Below, one piece after another: positions 1-12,884 of a stretch of 64,000 bases of DNA. The DNA is from Mustelus asterias (taxonomy: Eukaryota), in contig NC_135822.1 in NCBI RefSeq assembly GCF_964213995.1, forward strand, positions 68,324,001 through 68,388,000. Direction: 5' to 3'. Every line of letters starts with the position of its first letter. Position 1 is the first letter of the stretch. The notes under the pieces are model-generated. The model was not told where the DNA came from and searched no databases. It saw only the letters and a program-made list of their open reading frames with translations. A program made the position numbers and the translations under genes.

Positions 1-791
1 CCTCTGGCCTTGGATACCAGTGGAAGAGTGAGTTCCCCTCTATTAACCTTGGTAATACACCACCTACAATGCAAAGAAAGGGCATCTGCTGCCTCCGCCG
101 ACCTACTCCCCCCCTGCGAGGAGCACAGACCATTCCATCAGAAAACATCAAACCCTGATGATCGAGTTAACGGTTTGCGTGAAGCTGACAGGACCTGCTG
201 TTAAGGTGGCCGGAAGACTGGGAAAATGAGATTTCTGTCAATTTAATCTCCAAACAAAAAAGATGAAGACGGAGACAAGAGGCACGAAAGAGAAAACAGA
301 ATCTGAAAGAAGCGGATCAAATGGAGAACACAGAGCAGAGATCAAAGGAGAATTCACTGTTGCAGCACTGTTTCCCCAACTGGAACGTTCCTGGGATACA
401 AGGCTGAAAAAGTACAGCTCGGCTTAATATCAAGGCTTTGGGGGCCATTTTCTGAGGCAGACACTGTTCAAGGGTAACGTGTTCACACCATTGTGCTGCA
501 CTCCGGGAAGTATTGAAGCATTGATGGTTCGTGCTGGCTTCATTATAATGAAGAGCGTGGGCTCTGTGCACTGCTGGAGGCTCCTTAATGGGCACAGGGC
601 CAGCCAAGGCAGAAACTTTGGAAGCAAGTCAGATATTAAATGCAGCAGCACCATTAAAGGGGCAGGTGCGCAAAAGATTGAGGAGATTAAGGAAAAAAAA
701 AACAATAGGCAGTGTGTTTGTCGAGCTAGCTTTCAGAGTGAGGTGTGTGCACCTGTAAGTGTGATTTGCATGTTGGTATCGGCTGATTTAA

Positions 792-1410
792 AGTCATGGA
801 GTCATAGAGGTTTACAGCGTGGAAACAGGCCCTTCGGCCCAACTTGTCCATGCCGCCCTTTTTTTTAAAACCCCTCAGCTAATCCCAATTGCCCACATTT
901 GGCCCATATCCCTCTATACCCATCGTATAAATGTAACTATCTAAATGCTTTTTAAAAGTCAAAATTGTACCCACCTCTACTACTACCTCTGGCAGCTTGT
1001 TCCAGACACTCACCACCCTCTGTGTGAAAAAATTGCCCCTCTGGACACTTTTGTATCTCTCCCCTCTCACCTTAAACCTATGCCCTCTAGTTTTAGACTC
1101 CCCTACCTTTGGGAAAAGATATTGACTATCTGGCTGATCTGTGCCCCTCATTATTTTATAGACCTCTATAAGTTCACCCCTCAGCCTCCTACGCTCCAGA
1201 GAAAAAAGTCCCAGTATATCCAGCCTCCCCTTATAATTCAATCCATCAAGTCCCGGTAGCATCCTAGTAAATCTTTTCTGCACTCTTTCTAGTTTAATAA
1301 TATCCTTTCTGTAATAGGGTGACCAGAATTGCACACAGTATTCCAAGTGTGGCCTTACCAATGTCTTGTACAACTTCAACAATGCGTCCCAACTCCTGTA
1401 TTCAATGTTC
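792..1410 (-). mobile_element. CR1/HER1-type LINE, 5'-truncated 3' end
   Basis: ORF 879..1412 has the CR1 ORF2 C-terminus (LYKTLVRPHLEYCVQFWSP...FFTQRVVSVWNKLP). 3' UTR ends in a CTCTATGA-type tail. Same subfamily as 38970-40043. Confidence 0.92.
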
Positions 1411-1449
1411 ATCAGTCCTTGTGAATTAATTCATGGTGTTACACTAAAA

Positions 1450-1748
1450 GTAAGTAAAGTTTATTTATCAGTCACAAGTCGGCTTACATTAACACCGTAA
1501 TGAAGTTACTGTGAAAATCCCCTAGTCGCCACACTCCTGCGCCTGTTTGGGTACACTGAGGGAGAATTTAGTCTGGCCAATCCACCTAACCAGCACATCT
1601 TTCGGACTGTGGGAGGAAACTGGAGCAAACCCACACAGACACGGGGAGATTGTGCAAACTCCACACGGACAGTGACCCCAGCTGGGAATCGAACGCGGGT
1701 CCTTGGTGTTGTGAGGCAGCAATGCTATCCACTGTGCCACTGTGACCC
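1450..1748 (-). mobile_element. tRNA-derived V-SINE, type B tail (Rex1-like 3' stem-loop)
   Basis: tRNA-like A/B-box head, V-domain, then GGCGACTAGGGGATTTTCACAGTAACTTCAT...TGTGAC tail. Confidence 0.88.
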
Positions 1749-1855
1749 CCCCCCCCCCTTCCCCCCCGCCCCCGGTGATGAGTGAACAGAATCAGGCTGG
1801 AGTTTGGAAAAGGGCAACAAAGCCTTGAATGCCCTCATGCAGGGGACACTATCGA

Positions 1856-2207
1856 TTTTAAAAAATTCATTCATGGGACATGGGCGCCGCTGGCTGGGCC
1901 AGCATTTATTGCCCATCCCTAGTTGCCCGAGGGCAGTTGCAAGTCAACCACTTCACTGTGGCTCTGGAGTCACATGTAGGCCAGACCAGCAAGGACGGCA
2001 GATTTCCTTCACTGAAGGACATTCGTGAACCAGATGAGTTTTTCTAACAATCGACATCAGTAAACAATCTTAATTCCAGATGTTTCTGTTCTGTGAATTC
2101 AAATTCCACCATCTGCCGCGGTGGGATTCGAACCCGGGTCCCCAGAACATTAGCTGACTTTCTCGATTAATCGTCTAGCGATAATACCACTAGGCCAATC
2201 ACCTACC
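1856..2207 (-). mobile_element. tRNA-derived SINE with RTEX-like LINE tail
   Basis: B-box GGTTCGAATCCC on minus strand. Tail GGGCAACTAGGGATGGGCAATAAATGCTGGCC...GAATGAAT matches the LINE 3' end at 28000-28073. Confidence 0.8.
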
Positions 2208-2926
2208 CACAATCAGCCACAAGGCCTTCACCCTCGCAAGAGTCCAGCACATGACTGCTGACGTCGCTGAAGCACCATCACTCGTTTTTCATATCCGTTT
2301 TTCAGTTTTCAATCCCTGCAGTGCAGGAGAGGCCACTCGACCTATGGAATCTGCACTGACTGTTAACCCACTACATCCACCATTCACCTCCCAACTCCGC
2401 ACTTGCTTAAAACTTGTTACGTCTCTAACGTTTGCCCAGTTCTGACAAATGGTGATTGACCTGAAATGTTTGCCGGAAACCTCCGGCCTCACCGGTGGCT
2501 AGTATCCTCCGATGCCGCTGCAGTGAATGGGGTTTTGGCTGAACGCCGGATTCTCCATTCTCGCTGGCTGTGTGTGGGGGGGGGGGGGGGGGGGGGGGGC
2601 AGTGGGAGCGGGGGTGGGGGGGGGTGTGGTGGGGGTGGTGAACGAGATCACCCATTCACTCTGTTTCTCTCTTTACAGATGAAACTTGATCTCCTGAATA
2701 ATTTTCCAGTCCTTCCGTTTTTTCATTTCAGATTGCCGGGTCTTGGTGCTTTTGTTTATGCATTGCTGCTGGACAAAATGGCACTTTTTTCACAGCTCTC
2801 CTACCAATCTGATGACTTGGCCAAAATCTGTGTCAAATTAGGGACAATTTTCTTCTCACTAAGACGGAACCACTCCCAAATTGAAGTTACAGGTAGCAGG
2901 CAGAAGAAAACAGCAACCCTTCTTCA

Positions 2927-3572
2927 GTCTGGGCTGGACGGAGAGTCTGGTCCCAAGGGGTGAGGTCTGGGTTGGATGGAGACAGTCTGGTCCCAAGGGG
3001 TGAGGTCTGGGCTGGACAGAGAGTCTGGTTCCAAGGAATGAGATCAGGGCTGGACAGAGAGTCTAGCCCCAAGGGGTGAGGTTGAGGCTGGACCGAGAGT
3101 TTGATCCCAAGGGGTGAGGTCTGGGCTGGATGGAGACAGTCTGGTCCCAAGGGGTGAGGTCTGGGCTGGATGGAGATAGTCTGGTCCCAAGGGGTGAGGT
3201 CTGGGCTGGGCAGAGAGTCTGGTTCCAAGGAATGAGATCTGGGCTGGACAGAGAGTCTAGCCCCAAGGGGTGAGGTCTGGGCTGGACCGAGAGTTTGATC
3301 TCATGGGGTGAGGTCTGGGCTGGACAGAGAGTCTGGTCTCAAGGGGTGAGGTCTGGGCTGGACCGAGAGTCTGATCCCAAGGAATGAGATCTGGGCTGGA
3401 CAGAGAGTCTGGTCCCAAGGAGTGAGGTCTGGGCTGGACAGAGAGTCTGGTCCCAAGGGGTGAGGTCTGGGCTGGACAGAGAGTCTGGTCCCAAGGGGTG
3501 AGGTCTGGACTGGATGAAGAGTCTGGTTCCAAGGAATGAGATCTGGGCTGGACAGAGAGTCTGATCCCAAGG
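2927..3572. repeat. 38-bp minisatellite, about 17 copies
   Basis: Unit TCTGGGCTGGACAGAGAGTCTGGTCCCAAGGGGTGAGG, with GGAATGAGAT and 39-bp variants. Confidence 0.95.
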
Positions 3573-4329
3573 TGCAGGAGCGGAGTAGGTGAGAGCCAGG
3601 GTTTGATATCTGATTTCCAATCTACAACGCCATCCAGTGTACCAGGAAAATGCAAATAATCAGTCCCGGGTTTTGAATCTTTGTCTGGAGCAGTCAACAG
3701 GGCAAAAGACAACCGGAATGAACCAGAACAGATTCAGCCCAATGGGATCCCTCTGCCATTCAGCCACATCATGGTTGATCTGGACCTCATCAGAAGAACA
3801 GGTGACATTTTGCCACTTTTTGATGAAGTGCCACCTTGGGTGGGAAGACTGGAGGGTAGCTCATCAACCATGTTGCTAGGTTTTCCCCACATATTTTTAA
3901 AAGCTTGGTCATAAATATAGTAATGGGTGGGTCCATGGTATCACACAGCCAGGCAGAGTCTATCAACCATTGGGGTGTTATTTTTAAAGGGCTCCATGAT
4001 GTAAATGAATAAAAACAGAAACTCCCCTCCTACCCACGCGTCCTGACCCTCCCCCACCATGGAACTTTCCCTTCCTGTCCCGCAACGGAACCAGGCCCCC
4101 CACATCGAAACCCCTCACCCCTCCCCACCCACAATTACCTTATGCAACTTCTGCCTCCCACCCTCCAACAGAAACATGCAACATCCCCCAGGGGACACCC
4201 CCCCGACCCTGCTTCCTGACACTTCCCTCAAGAGCATGTGGATGGGAGGGGGCTGAGTAGAAAGGAGGACTCCCTCATAAGCATGCTCCTGGGCATTTGG
4301 CAAGTCGGCCTTTATCAGTTTGTCCACAA

Positions 4330-4575
4330 CCAGAGGCCCGGGTTCGAATCCCGGCTTGGGTCACTGTCTGTGTGGAGTCTGCACGTTCTCCCCGTGTCTG
4401 CGTGGGTTTCCTCCAGATGTTCCAGTTTCCTCCAACAATCTGAAAAACTTGCTGGTTAGGTGGATTGTCCATGCTAAATTCTCCCTCTGCGTACCCGAAC
4501 AGGCGCCGGAGTATGGCGACTCAGGGATTTTCACAGTAACTTCATTGCAGTGTTAATGTAAGCTTACCTATGACA
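4330..4575 (+). mobile_element. V-SINE type B, 5'-truncated
   Basis: GGTTCGAATCCCGG B-box, V-domain and type B tail. Confidence 0.85.
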
Positions 4576-5189
4576 GTTTAATTTGAAATGGTTAAGTTTC
4601 CTTTTTTGACATTCTAATTTAGTTACAGTGCCCCACCATGAGTTGCCATCCCTGTCATTTTGTCTGTTTAATTTATTGATTACTGTTGGATTAAAAGGGA
4701 GTACAAAGAAAGATTCCCTGGGCCTGGCCGAGGTGGCCATTAACAGGTCCAGGTGGTCAAGGGGGTTGTCTGAACCGATCGTCTACCCCTCTCCCGCAGC
4801 TCCACTCGTGACCTGGTGGTGTTGGAGAGGGAGCATGCAATATCCACTGGCATGCTTCAGACCTTCTGTCACCAGAAGGGCATCACAGGGGCCAGAGTGC
4901 ACCATCACATCTGGGATTGACATTCACTAAGTTTACTTTTGACTTTTTATTTTAGTTACAGTGCCCCACGAAGGGCTTTCACCTCTGCTACTTGTGTTCA
5001 ATTTATTGACGAATGACTTATTAGAAGTGTATAAAGAGGGATTGCAGTTGAATGCAGGAGGAGGAATGGGGGTTCATCCAGCCCAGTTTTCTACCTCTCT
5101 TCTGTGGCTACGTTCATGCCTCCCTTTAAGGGAGCGCACTGTGTTCACTAGCCCCCTCTTCAGGCCTTTAAAGATTATTTATTTATTAA

Positions 5190-5502
5190 AGTTACAGTTT
5201 AAAGTTTATTTATTAGTGTTGCAAGTAGGCTAACATTAACACTGCAATGAAGTGACTGTGAAAATCCCCTAGTCGCCACACTCTGGCGCCTGTTCCGGTA
5301 ACACTGAGGGAGAATTTAGCATGGCCAATGCACCTAACCAGCACGCCTTTCAGACTGTAGGAGGAAACCGGAGCACCCAGAGGAAACCCACGCAGACACG
5401 GGGAGAACGTGCAGAGTCCGCATAGACAGTGACCCAAGCCAGGAATTGAACCCGGGTCCCTGGTGCTGTGAGGCAGCAGTGTTAACCACTGTGCCACCGT
5501 GC
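5190..5502 (-). mobile_element. V-SINE type B
   Basis: Full head, V-domain and type B tail on the minus strand. Confidence 0.88.
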
Positions 5503-5689
5503 CTTCTGCAACCTGTGGCCTCTGCAAGGGCTGGGGTGAATCATTACCCCTCCACCTCCGCCCCCCCGGAATGATGTTTGGTTTAGTTAGGTAAGTTTCC
5601 TTTAACATTTTGTTTTAGTTACAGTTCTCCAGCAGAGGTTGTCTTCCCCTGTCGCTTTTGTTTAATTTATTGATCATCTGTTTTGTTTC

Positions 5690-6030
5690 GGGTGGCACAG
5701 TGGTTAGCGCTGCTGCCTCACAGCGCCAGGGACCCGGGTTCGATTCTGGCCTTGGGTGAGTGTCTGTGTGGAGTTTGCACATTCTTCCCGTGTCTGCGTG
5801 GGTTTCCCTCCGGGTGCTCCGGTTTCCTCCCACACTCCAAAAGTGTACAGGTTAGGTGGATTGGCCATGCTAAATTTCCCCTTAGTGCCCCAAGATGTGT
5901 AGGTCATGGGGATTAGTGGCGTAAATACGTGGGGTTACGGGGATCGGACCTGGGTGGATTGGTCTGTCGGAGAGTCAGTGCAGACCCGATGGGCCAAACG
6001 GCCGCCTCCTACACTCTCGGGACTGCATGA
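5690..6030 (+). mobile_element. HE1-type V-SINE (CR1 tail)
   Basis: GGTGGCACAGTGGTTAGC head, V-domain and GATGGGCCAAACGGCCGCCTCC CR1-like tail. Confidence 0.88.
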
Positions 6031-6129
6031 TATTTCTCAGGAAGCAGGACTGTTTGCTGCTATGCATAGGTCCAATAGCATAGTAGTTCTGCTGCTGCAC
6101 TAATAATTGAGAAGAATATAAGTTTAATT

Positions 6130-6395
6130 CCCATTCTGGCAGGTATGAAAATTTGGAATTTGGTTTTTAAAGGAAATCTGGTATCACTAAAAATCACAAA
6201 TGATGAGATTGTTGTTAAAAATCCATTTGGTTCACTCATGTACTGTCCATGCTCCCTCTGGCCTGTACGTGACTCCAGTCCCACCCATTAGCATTTAACA
6301 CCCATTAAAGTGGATGAGCAAGCCACTTAGTTGTCCCCACCTGGAATGGGCAATAAATTCTCGCTTTAGATGTGACGCGCCTATCCCGAGAATGA
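6130..6395 (+). mobile_element. Decayed RTEX-tailed SINE
   Basis: GGTTCACT..GTGACTCCAG..GGGCAATAAAT segments shared with 1856-2207. Confidence 0.6.
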
Positions 6396-6512
6396 ATGTG
6401 AAAAAACTAATTAATGCCGGCTCATTATTCCATGCTCATTGCTTGCGCCCGATCTTAGACTCGGACAAATTAGATTCCCTCAGATTTGTTGTGATAACTT
6501 GGCAGCACATAT

Positions 6513-6606
6513 TGGGTGGGATTCCACGACCTCGGTCGGGTGAGATCACAAAGTCCCGCCCGAGGCCAATGGAGATTTCCATCCTGGGGCGGTAAAATCC
6601 CGGCCA
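6513..6606. mobile_element. Short Harbinger-like MITE
   Basis: Imperfect terminal inverted repeats GGGTGGGATTCCAC / GTAAAATCCCGGCC. Confidence 0.5.
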
Positions 6607-7705
6607 TTGGATCCGGAGTTGACTGCACTCAGTCTCCTTAATAGCACCGGTTACCTGGGACAGGTTGTTGCTGATGCTCAGTTCATTGAACAGAAGGAGC
6701 CCGGGGAATCACAAAAATAACGTCTGGGCAGGGAACATATATATATACAAAGTATATATACTTCGATTCACACTGAATCTTGGACAATCCAGTGTTGCTG
6801 CTGTGCAATTTATAACATGATGGAACGTGAGTTTGCTATTTTCCCGTGACCTGAATTAGTGCTTGATGCTTCAATCAGAAATAATCCTGTTCATAGTGGG
6901 TGGCATTTAAAAAGCAAGTTCAGATTTTGTTGTACAAAACTATGACATAATTTGAAAGTAAACAGTAGGGCACAGATATCAAATGTACACTCATCGCCTG
7001 AGCTTTACATAGCACTCTCCTATTACATCCATCTAATTAATCGTCCATTATAGGCATGGAGGCCCTCCTCAAAGCCTGGCTCTATTCTTCATGTCTGCAT
7101 CCCATTTGGACCTTGGTCTCTGCTCAGAACCAAGTCCCTACTTAGCACCCGATCTCAGCCTTGTCTCTGGTTTCCAGACCAAGCCCTTGCTTGATCCTGA
7201 TCAGAGCCTGGTGAGGTGCAGGTTCTGACCAGGAACTGAGCAGAGGATGAGCACTGTGCAAAGGGTTTGCGAGGAAAGGTGAGCACTCACACTCTCTGAT
7301 GTTGCTTATCTTTCCCACTGTGTGCCCTCCACCTCCATTTCCACCTACTTCAAATATTGGGTTACCACCCCGCCACCCCTCAACTCTATATTCATGCTCC
7401 TGAAGAAGGGAGTTGGCAATGAGCAGAGGTACTGAGCAGAGAAGGCCAGACTAGCATTTGATCAGAAGCCAGGGCAGACACACAGCTGAACACAAATCGT
7501 TAGCAGGGAGTAGAAATTAACTAAGGTCATTCGGATCAAGTGAGCACCACAGGAGAAATCACACAAGATCATTCGCCTTCTGCTGCCTCATCCATTTCCC
7601 AGCAGCTGGTTTATAATGCCACGGGGAAGGAAGCTGGCATAGGCTGCTCACCCACCTTCTTCTTCAGGTCTGTGATGCAGTGGGAGTGAAGAGTAGCTCG
7701 CCGCA

Positions 7706-7990
7706 AAAACAACTTGCACACACATAGAGTCTTTAACCTGACGAAACATCCCAAGGCACTTCACAGGAGTCCTGTCACACAAACTTTAACGCCCAGGCAC
7801 ATAAAAGGATATTATGACAGATGGGCAAAAGGTAGTCAAAGAGACAGATTTTAAGGAGCATCTTATGTGGAGAACCAGAGTGGTTCAGGAAGGAATTTCA
7901 AGAGCTCAGGGATTAGGGAGTTGAACACACGGCTGCGTAATGGTGGACCGAATAAAATTGGGGATGAGCAAGAGGACTTAACTGGAGAAG
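7706..7990 (-). mobile_element. Decayed L2-type LINE 3' end
   Basis: AACAACTTGCA...CATCCCAAGGCACTTCACAGGAG...TTTTAAGGAGCATCTTA. Homologous to 12600-12884 and 46025-46325. Confidence 0.65.
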
Positions 7991-8176
7991 CAATGTCATA
8001 TTTATTGTCTTTTCCTCCTGCCACTATTTCTGCTCCTTTCTTGAAGGTGCTGAACTAGCAGGATGCTGCCATCAAGCCAAAAAGACGGCCGTGATTCTCC
8101 CATCCCGCTGCGCTAATTTTTTAGGAAGTATTCAATGAGTGGCATGACACTAGGAAGTCATGTGGAACAAAGGGAC

Positions 8177-8416
8177 TGATGCACTATCAATCAAGCAAAG
8201 ACTAGTTTGTATGCAAGAACAAATAGGCTTTTATTAGCAAAAGACTTGGAGCACACCCATGCCGATGAACTGGTCCAGCGACTGAGGCAGGGGGTGGGGA
8301 GCAGTCACCTTTATACCTCAACCAGGGGGGGGAGGAGTCCCAGGCAGGGCCAGCAGGGGCATGTCCAGGCATGTCACACACACACACAGGCAATAAGCTA
8401 ATAGTGGTTTACCACA
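8177..8416 (-). mobile_element. Solo LTR related to the Gypsy element at 54470-59239
   Basis: Minus strand reads TGTGGTAAACCA...GTGCATCA, with GGTATAAAGGT and AATAAAAGCCT motifs shared with the full-length LTR. Flanks GGGAC/GGGAG (4/5 TSD). Confidence 0.82.
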
Positions 8417-8423
8417 GGGAGCT

Positions 8424-9057
8424 TGAACAAAGAACAAAGAACAAAGAACAGTACAGCACAGGAAACAGGCCCTTCGGCCCTCCAAGCCTGTGCCGCTCCT
8501 TGGTCCAACTAGACCAATCGTTTGTATCCCTCCATTCCCAGGCTGCTCATGTGACTATCCAGGTAAGTCTTAAACGATGTCAGCGTGCCTGCCTCCACCA
8601 CCCTACTTGGCAGCGCATTCCAGGCCCCCACCACCCTCTGTGTAAAAAACGTCCCTCTGATGTCTGAGTTATACTTTGCCCCTCTCAGCTTGAGCCCGTG
8701 ACACCTCGTGATCGTCACCTCCGACCTGGGAAAAAGCTTCCCACTGTTCACCCTATCTATCCCCTTCATAATCTTGTATACCTCTATTAGATCTCCCCTC
8801 ATTCTCCGTCTTTCCAAGGAGAACAACCCCAGTCTACCCAATCTCTCCTCATAGCTAAGACCCTCCATACCAGGCAACATCCTGGTAAACCTTCTCTGCA
8901 CTCTCTCCAACGCCTCCACGTCCTTTTGGTAGTGCGGCGACCAGAACTGGACGCAGTATTCCAAATGTGGCCTAACCAGCGTTCTGTACAGCTGCATCAT
9001 CAGACTCCAGCTTTTATACTCTATACCCCGTCCTATAAAGGCAAGCATACCATATGC
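8424..9057 (-). mobile_element. CR1 LINE 3' fragment
   Basis: ORF 8509..9186 contains the CR1 C-terminus. Tail reads (GAACAAA)n on the plus strand. Confidence 0.92.
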
Positions 9058-9733
9058 GTGTTTGTCCATCGATCTCTGAAGGTGGAAGGGCATGTTAGTA
9101 GGGTGGTGAAAGAGGCATATGGGACACTTGCCTTTATCAATCGTGGCATAGATTATAAAAGCAAGGAAAATATGTTGGAGTTGCAATGAACATTAGTGAG
9201 GCCACAGCTAGAGTATTGTGTGCAGTTCGATCACCACATTATAGGAAGGATGTGATTGCACTGGAGGGGGTGCAGAGGAGATTCACCAGGATGCTGCCTG
9301 GGATGGAACATTTAAGTAATGAAGAGACGTTGGATAGGCTTGGGTTGTTTTCATTGGAGCAGAAAAGACTGAGGGGGCGACCTGATTGAGGTGTACAAGA
9401 TTATGAGGGGCATGGACAGAGTGGGTGAGGAGCAGCTGTTCCCCTTAGTTGAAGGGTGAGGGGTAGGAAGTTTGAGGGGATGTGAGGGAAACCTTTTTTA
9501 CCCAGAGGGTGGTGATGCTCTGGAATGTGCTGCCTGGGAGGGTGGTAGAGACGGTTGTCTCACAACCTTTTAAAAAGTACCTGGATGAGCACTTGGCATG
9601 GCATAACATTCAAGGCTATGGACCAAGTGCTGGTAGATGGGATTAAATGGGAGATCAGGTGTTTCTTGCATGTCGGTGCAGATTCGATGGGCCAAAGGGC
9701 CTCTTCTGCACTGTATGATTCTATGATTATGAT
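9058..9733 (+). mobile_element. CR1 LINE 3' fragment, frameshifted
   Basis: Peptides VVKEAYGTLAFINRG and PHYRKDVIALEGVQRRFTRMLPG, then a TATGATTC tail. Confidence 0.88.
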
Positions 9734-11856
9734 TCCAAAAGCTTTAACAGCATTTTTTCTCAGCAATGCTCTTGAACTTGTGTTGTGCTATGGTGGTGAA
9801 AGGCATGCCAAGACAATGGGTGGCATCAGACTAATTGAGCACAGGGGATATCACAATCTAGCCCTTATCCTTGCAACACTGACATATATATGCAGTTCCC
9901 GCAGGGATAACTGGATAATGATCAGGAGAAGGAACCTCACTTGACTTTTCATTACCTCAGGTGCTTGTCACACCACCTGACCAATTGAATGTACGGCAGG
10001 AAACATGCAGAACATTCTTTAGATATACTTAATTCAGTACCACACTGGGCAAGAAGAATATTGAATATTTCAGGGCTAAAACGAAACAAATGTGTAACTA
10101 TTACAGAAATGTGAATGGGAACAACTGATTCATGCAACAGCATCAAGCCTTTCTAACCTCACCTGATCTATAATTATTATTAAGTGCTCCTGCCTCACAT
10201 TTCCTCCTTTGTCATGTGGAATAAATCCTGTTGAAGTGCCCTTATTACTGGTGACACAAGCACTCAGAGCTGGTGAATTGAAGGCATTTTGTGTGCAAAC
10301 TCAACTTGATGGTCAATGGACTGGTTCCACCAGCTGCCAGTTCAAGCTGCGACGTCAATTATTCTTTTCATCTTACTCCGTGTAACTATTTTGCACGGCC
10401 TTTGAGATTTTATTTCCCCGCTAGCTCAGTCGGCAATTGTGAACCTTTCCGTCTTCTGAGGAAAGCGACTTGCCCAAGGGCCACTTCCACGGGCAGTTTC
10501 TCAAAGGAAAGAACTCTTTATTCTCGTCTTAATCTCTCTCTTTCCTTCTCTCCTCTTTCCGAACCATTCCATCAATACCCCGTGTTTTACACTTATGGCC
10601 CCCAAGTACAGGAAACAGAGAGTCAGCCTGGCACGGTAGGCAAAAGAAAGTAACTCACCAGAGGCCTTGTTTCATACAATCCAATTCGCTGCTCTAAGTA
10701 TGGGCGTGCTTGGGCCCTAGAATAAGGGACAGTGCCTGAGAGAGGACAATGGGTGGCATCAGATGTGTGAGTTCATCTGGAAATAGAGTATGGGTCAACC
10801 CTGGTCTCCGAGAATCTGCCTGGTCGCCCTCTGGAGGGATTTTTCCACTAGCTTCCCTCCTTTTCTTCCAGGAATTAGTGTGTTGCTGGGGCGATAAAGG
10901 GGTGCTCCACAAAGCTACCTGAGGGCAAGCACTGATGGCCTGATTGGCTTTTTTCACCCTTCGCTTTGCATGTTGCTAATAGCTACAATTGTGCTCTATG
11001 TGCAGGCTGCACACTTTACAAGTGCAATTTGTATTCTCGTGCTAGCTTGCATGCTTAGAATGGATCGGATGACTCTCACCATCCTTTACGTGCAGCGGTG
11101 CTTAAACTAACGCTGCGACTTGGTCAAGAATTCCCACTGTGCACTGCATTTACAGCGCTGCTTTATTATTTATACGAATGATTATTTATATATAAAACTG
11201 CCGAAGTGAACTACTGATCATTCAGCCCCAGGTTGGACTCTGTGGCTTGCAGCAGCCCTTCTGGCTCCTCGGAGTATAATTATTGTCGCCTGACTTCATG
11301 TTTTTGCAAATTATCTCCATGAATGGTTTAAAGAGTGGGGTGTGGGACATAGGAAAAGGATATTCAGCCCATTGAGCCTCCCGTATCAGCACTTCAGCCA
11401 TCCATCTCAATTACTTGTGTTTTATTTGCCTACCTCTCCCTCCCTTAAATTCTCAAAATTCCACGTTCCCTTTAAATGCTTCAGTTGATTCTGTATCCAG
11501 AGCCCAGAGGCATTAGACATTCCATATCCTCATCCTTCCTGCGAAAGCTTTTTTTTGGGGGGGATTTGCTTTTTTAAGTGCTTTCATTCTAAGATTAAGA
11601 TTTTCTCGCTTTGTTCTGGAATCCCTGACGAGAGGGTAGTACGATTTCTTATCTACCTTGTAAACGCGTTCATTAATTTAGACATCTTAATCAGATCGTT
11701 CATTAACTTTCTCGACTCTGGAGATTATAATGCAAATTTCCCAGTCTCGCTTTATAGTTCATTCACATCAGCTTTCTGAAATATTCCTGGACTCCCCTTA
11801 AGACCAGTGCCCAAATGCACAGCAGCAGGACCTCCTATGTTCTCTGCCTCTTAAGA

Positions 11857-12429
11857 AAGCCCACCAACGCCTCTACTTTCTCAGGAGGCTAAGGAAATTT
11901 GGCATGTCCGCTACGACTCTCACCAATTTGTACAGATGCACCATAGAAAGCATCCTTTCCGGATGTATCACTGCTTGGTGTGGCTTCTGCTCTGACCAAG
12001 ACCGCGAAAAACTGCAAAGGGCTCTGAACGTAGCCCAGTCCATTATGCAAACCAGTCTCCCATCCATTGACTCTGTCTACACTTTCCGGTGTCTCGGAAA
12101 AGCAGCCAACATAATCAAGGACCTCATGCACCCCTCTTCCACCTTCTTCCATCAGGAAATAGTTACTAAAGTCTGAGATCACATAGCAACCGACTCAAGA
12201 ACAGTTTGTTCCCTGCTGCCACCAGACTTTTGAATGGTCCTACCTTATATTTAGCTGATCTTTTTCTAGACTCTAGCTCTGACTGTAACACCATACTCTG
12301 CATCCTCTCCTTTCCTTCTCCCTTATGTACTGCATTGACCGAATGCTCTGTCTGTATAGTGCACAAGAAACAATACTTTTCACTGTATCCCAATACATGT
12401 GACAAGGATAAATCAAATCAAATCAAATC
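11857..12429 (+). mobile_element. Rex1/Babar-type LINE 3' end
   Basis: ORF 11904..12176 (YRCTIESILSGCITAW...SLPSIDSVY) and an (AAATC)n tail. Confidence 0.85.
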
Positions 12430-12599
12430 TTGTGATTCAGCCCAATTGCAACTTAACATTGCAGTGAGATTTAACGTCCGCACATGCCCCAAGACCGGAA
12501 ATTGCCACCCGAACTCAATGGATCTTTGAATGGTCCACCACATCTTCTGTCTCACCCGCTACGATTCCTGCACTGGGTGAGTCAGGAGAATTTTGGCCA

Positions 12600-12884
12600 G
12601 TGTCTTTAATGTGGTCAAACATCCCAAGGTACTCCACAAATGAATTATCATTGAATCCCCTGAGGAGATATTCAGACTGGCGGCGTTAAGTTTGATATTT
12701 TTTTTAAGGAATGCCTTAAAGGAGGAGAGAGAGGCAGAGAGGTTTAAGGATGTAATTCCAAACTTTAGGTTCCGGGCACTGCTGCCCATGGTGCAGAGAT
12801 TAAAATTGGGAACCTGCAGGAGATGCGAAGTGGAGGGTGGTAGGAGTGGTGGAGGTTACAGAGATAGGGTGGGGTGAGGCCATG
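12600..12884 (-). mobile_element. Decayed L2-type LINE 3' end
   Basis: TTAAAGGAGGAGAGAGAGGCAGAGAGGTTTAAGG...GAGGTTACAGAGATAGGG. Confidence 0.65.

Larger units (their letters stand above)
4190..5688 (+). mobile_element. Three tandem decayed Tx1-like LINE 3' ends, interrupted by SINEs
   Basis: Motif AAGTTT..TTTAGTTACAGT..AATTTATTGA recurs at about 4593, 4929 and 5594. Decayed peptides EDSLISMLLG and GLAEVAINRSR resemble a Tx1 ORF2 C-terminus. Confidence 0.55.

Noticed and set aside
2466-2963. Gly-rich 165-aa ORF
   Set aside because: It arises from a poly-G run in a MITE-like fragment and has no coding signature.
2927-3572. CRISPR-like array or repetitive protein ORFs
   Set aside because: Units are contiguous with no unique spacers and no cas genes. 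The ORFs are just translations of the minisatellite.
8424-9733. Twin-priming 5' inversion of a single CR1
   Set aside because: The two pieces overlap in coding position, differ in sequence and have different tails, so they are two independent elements.
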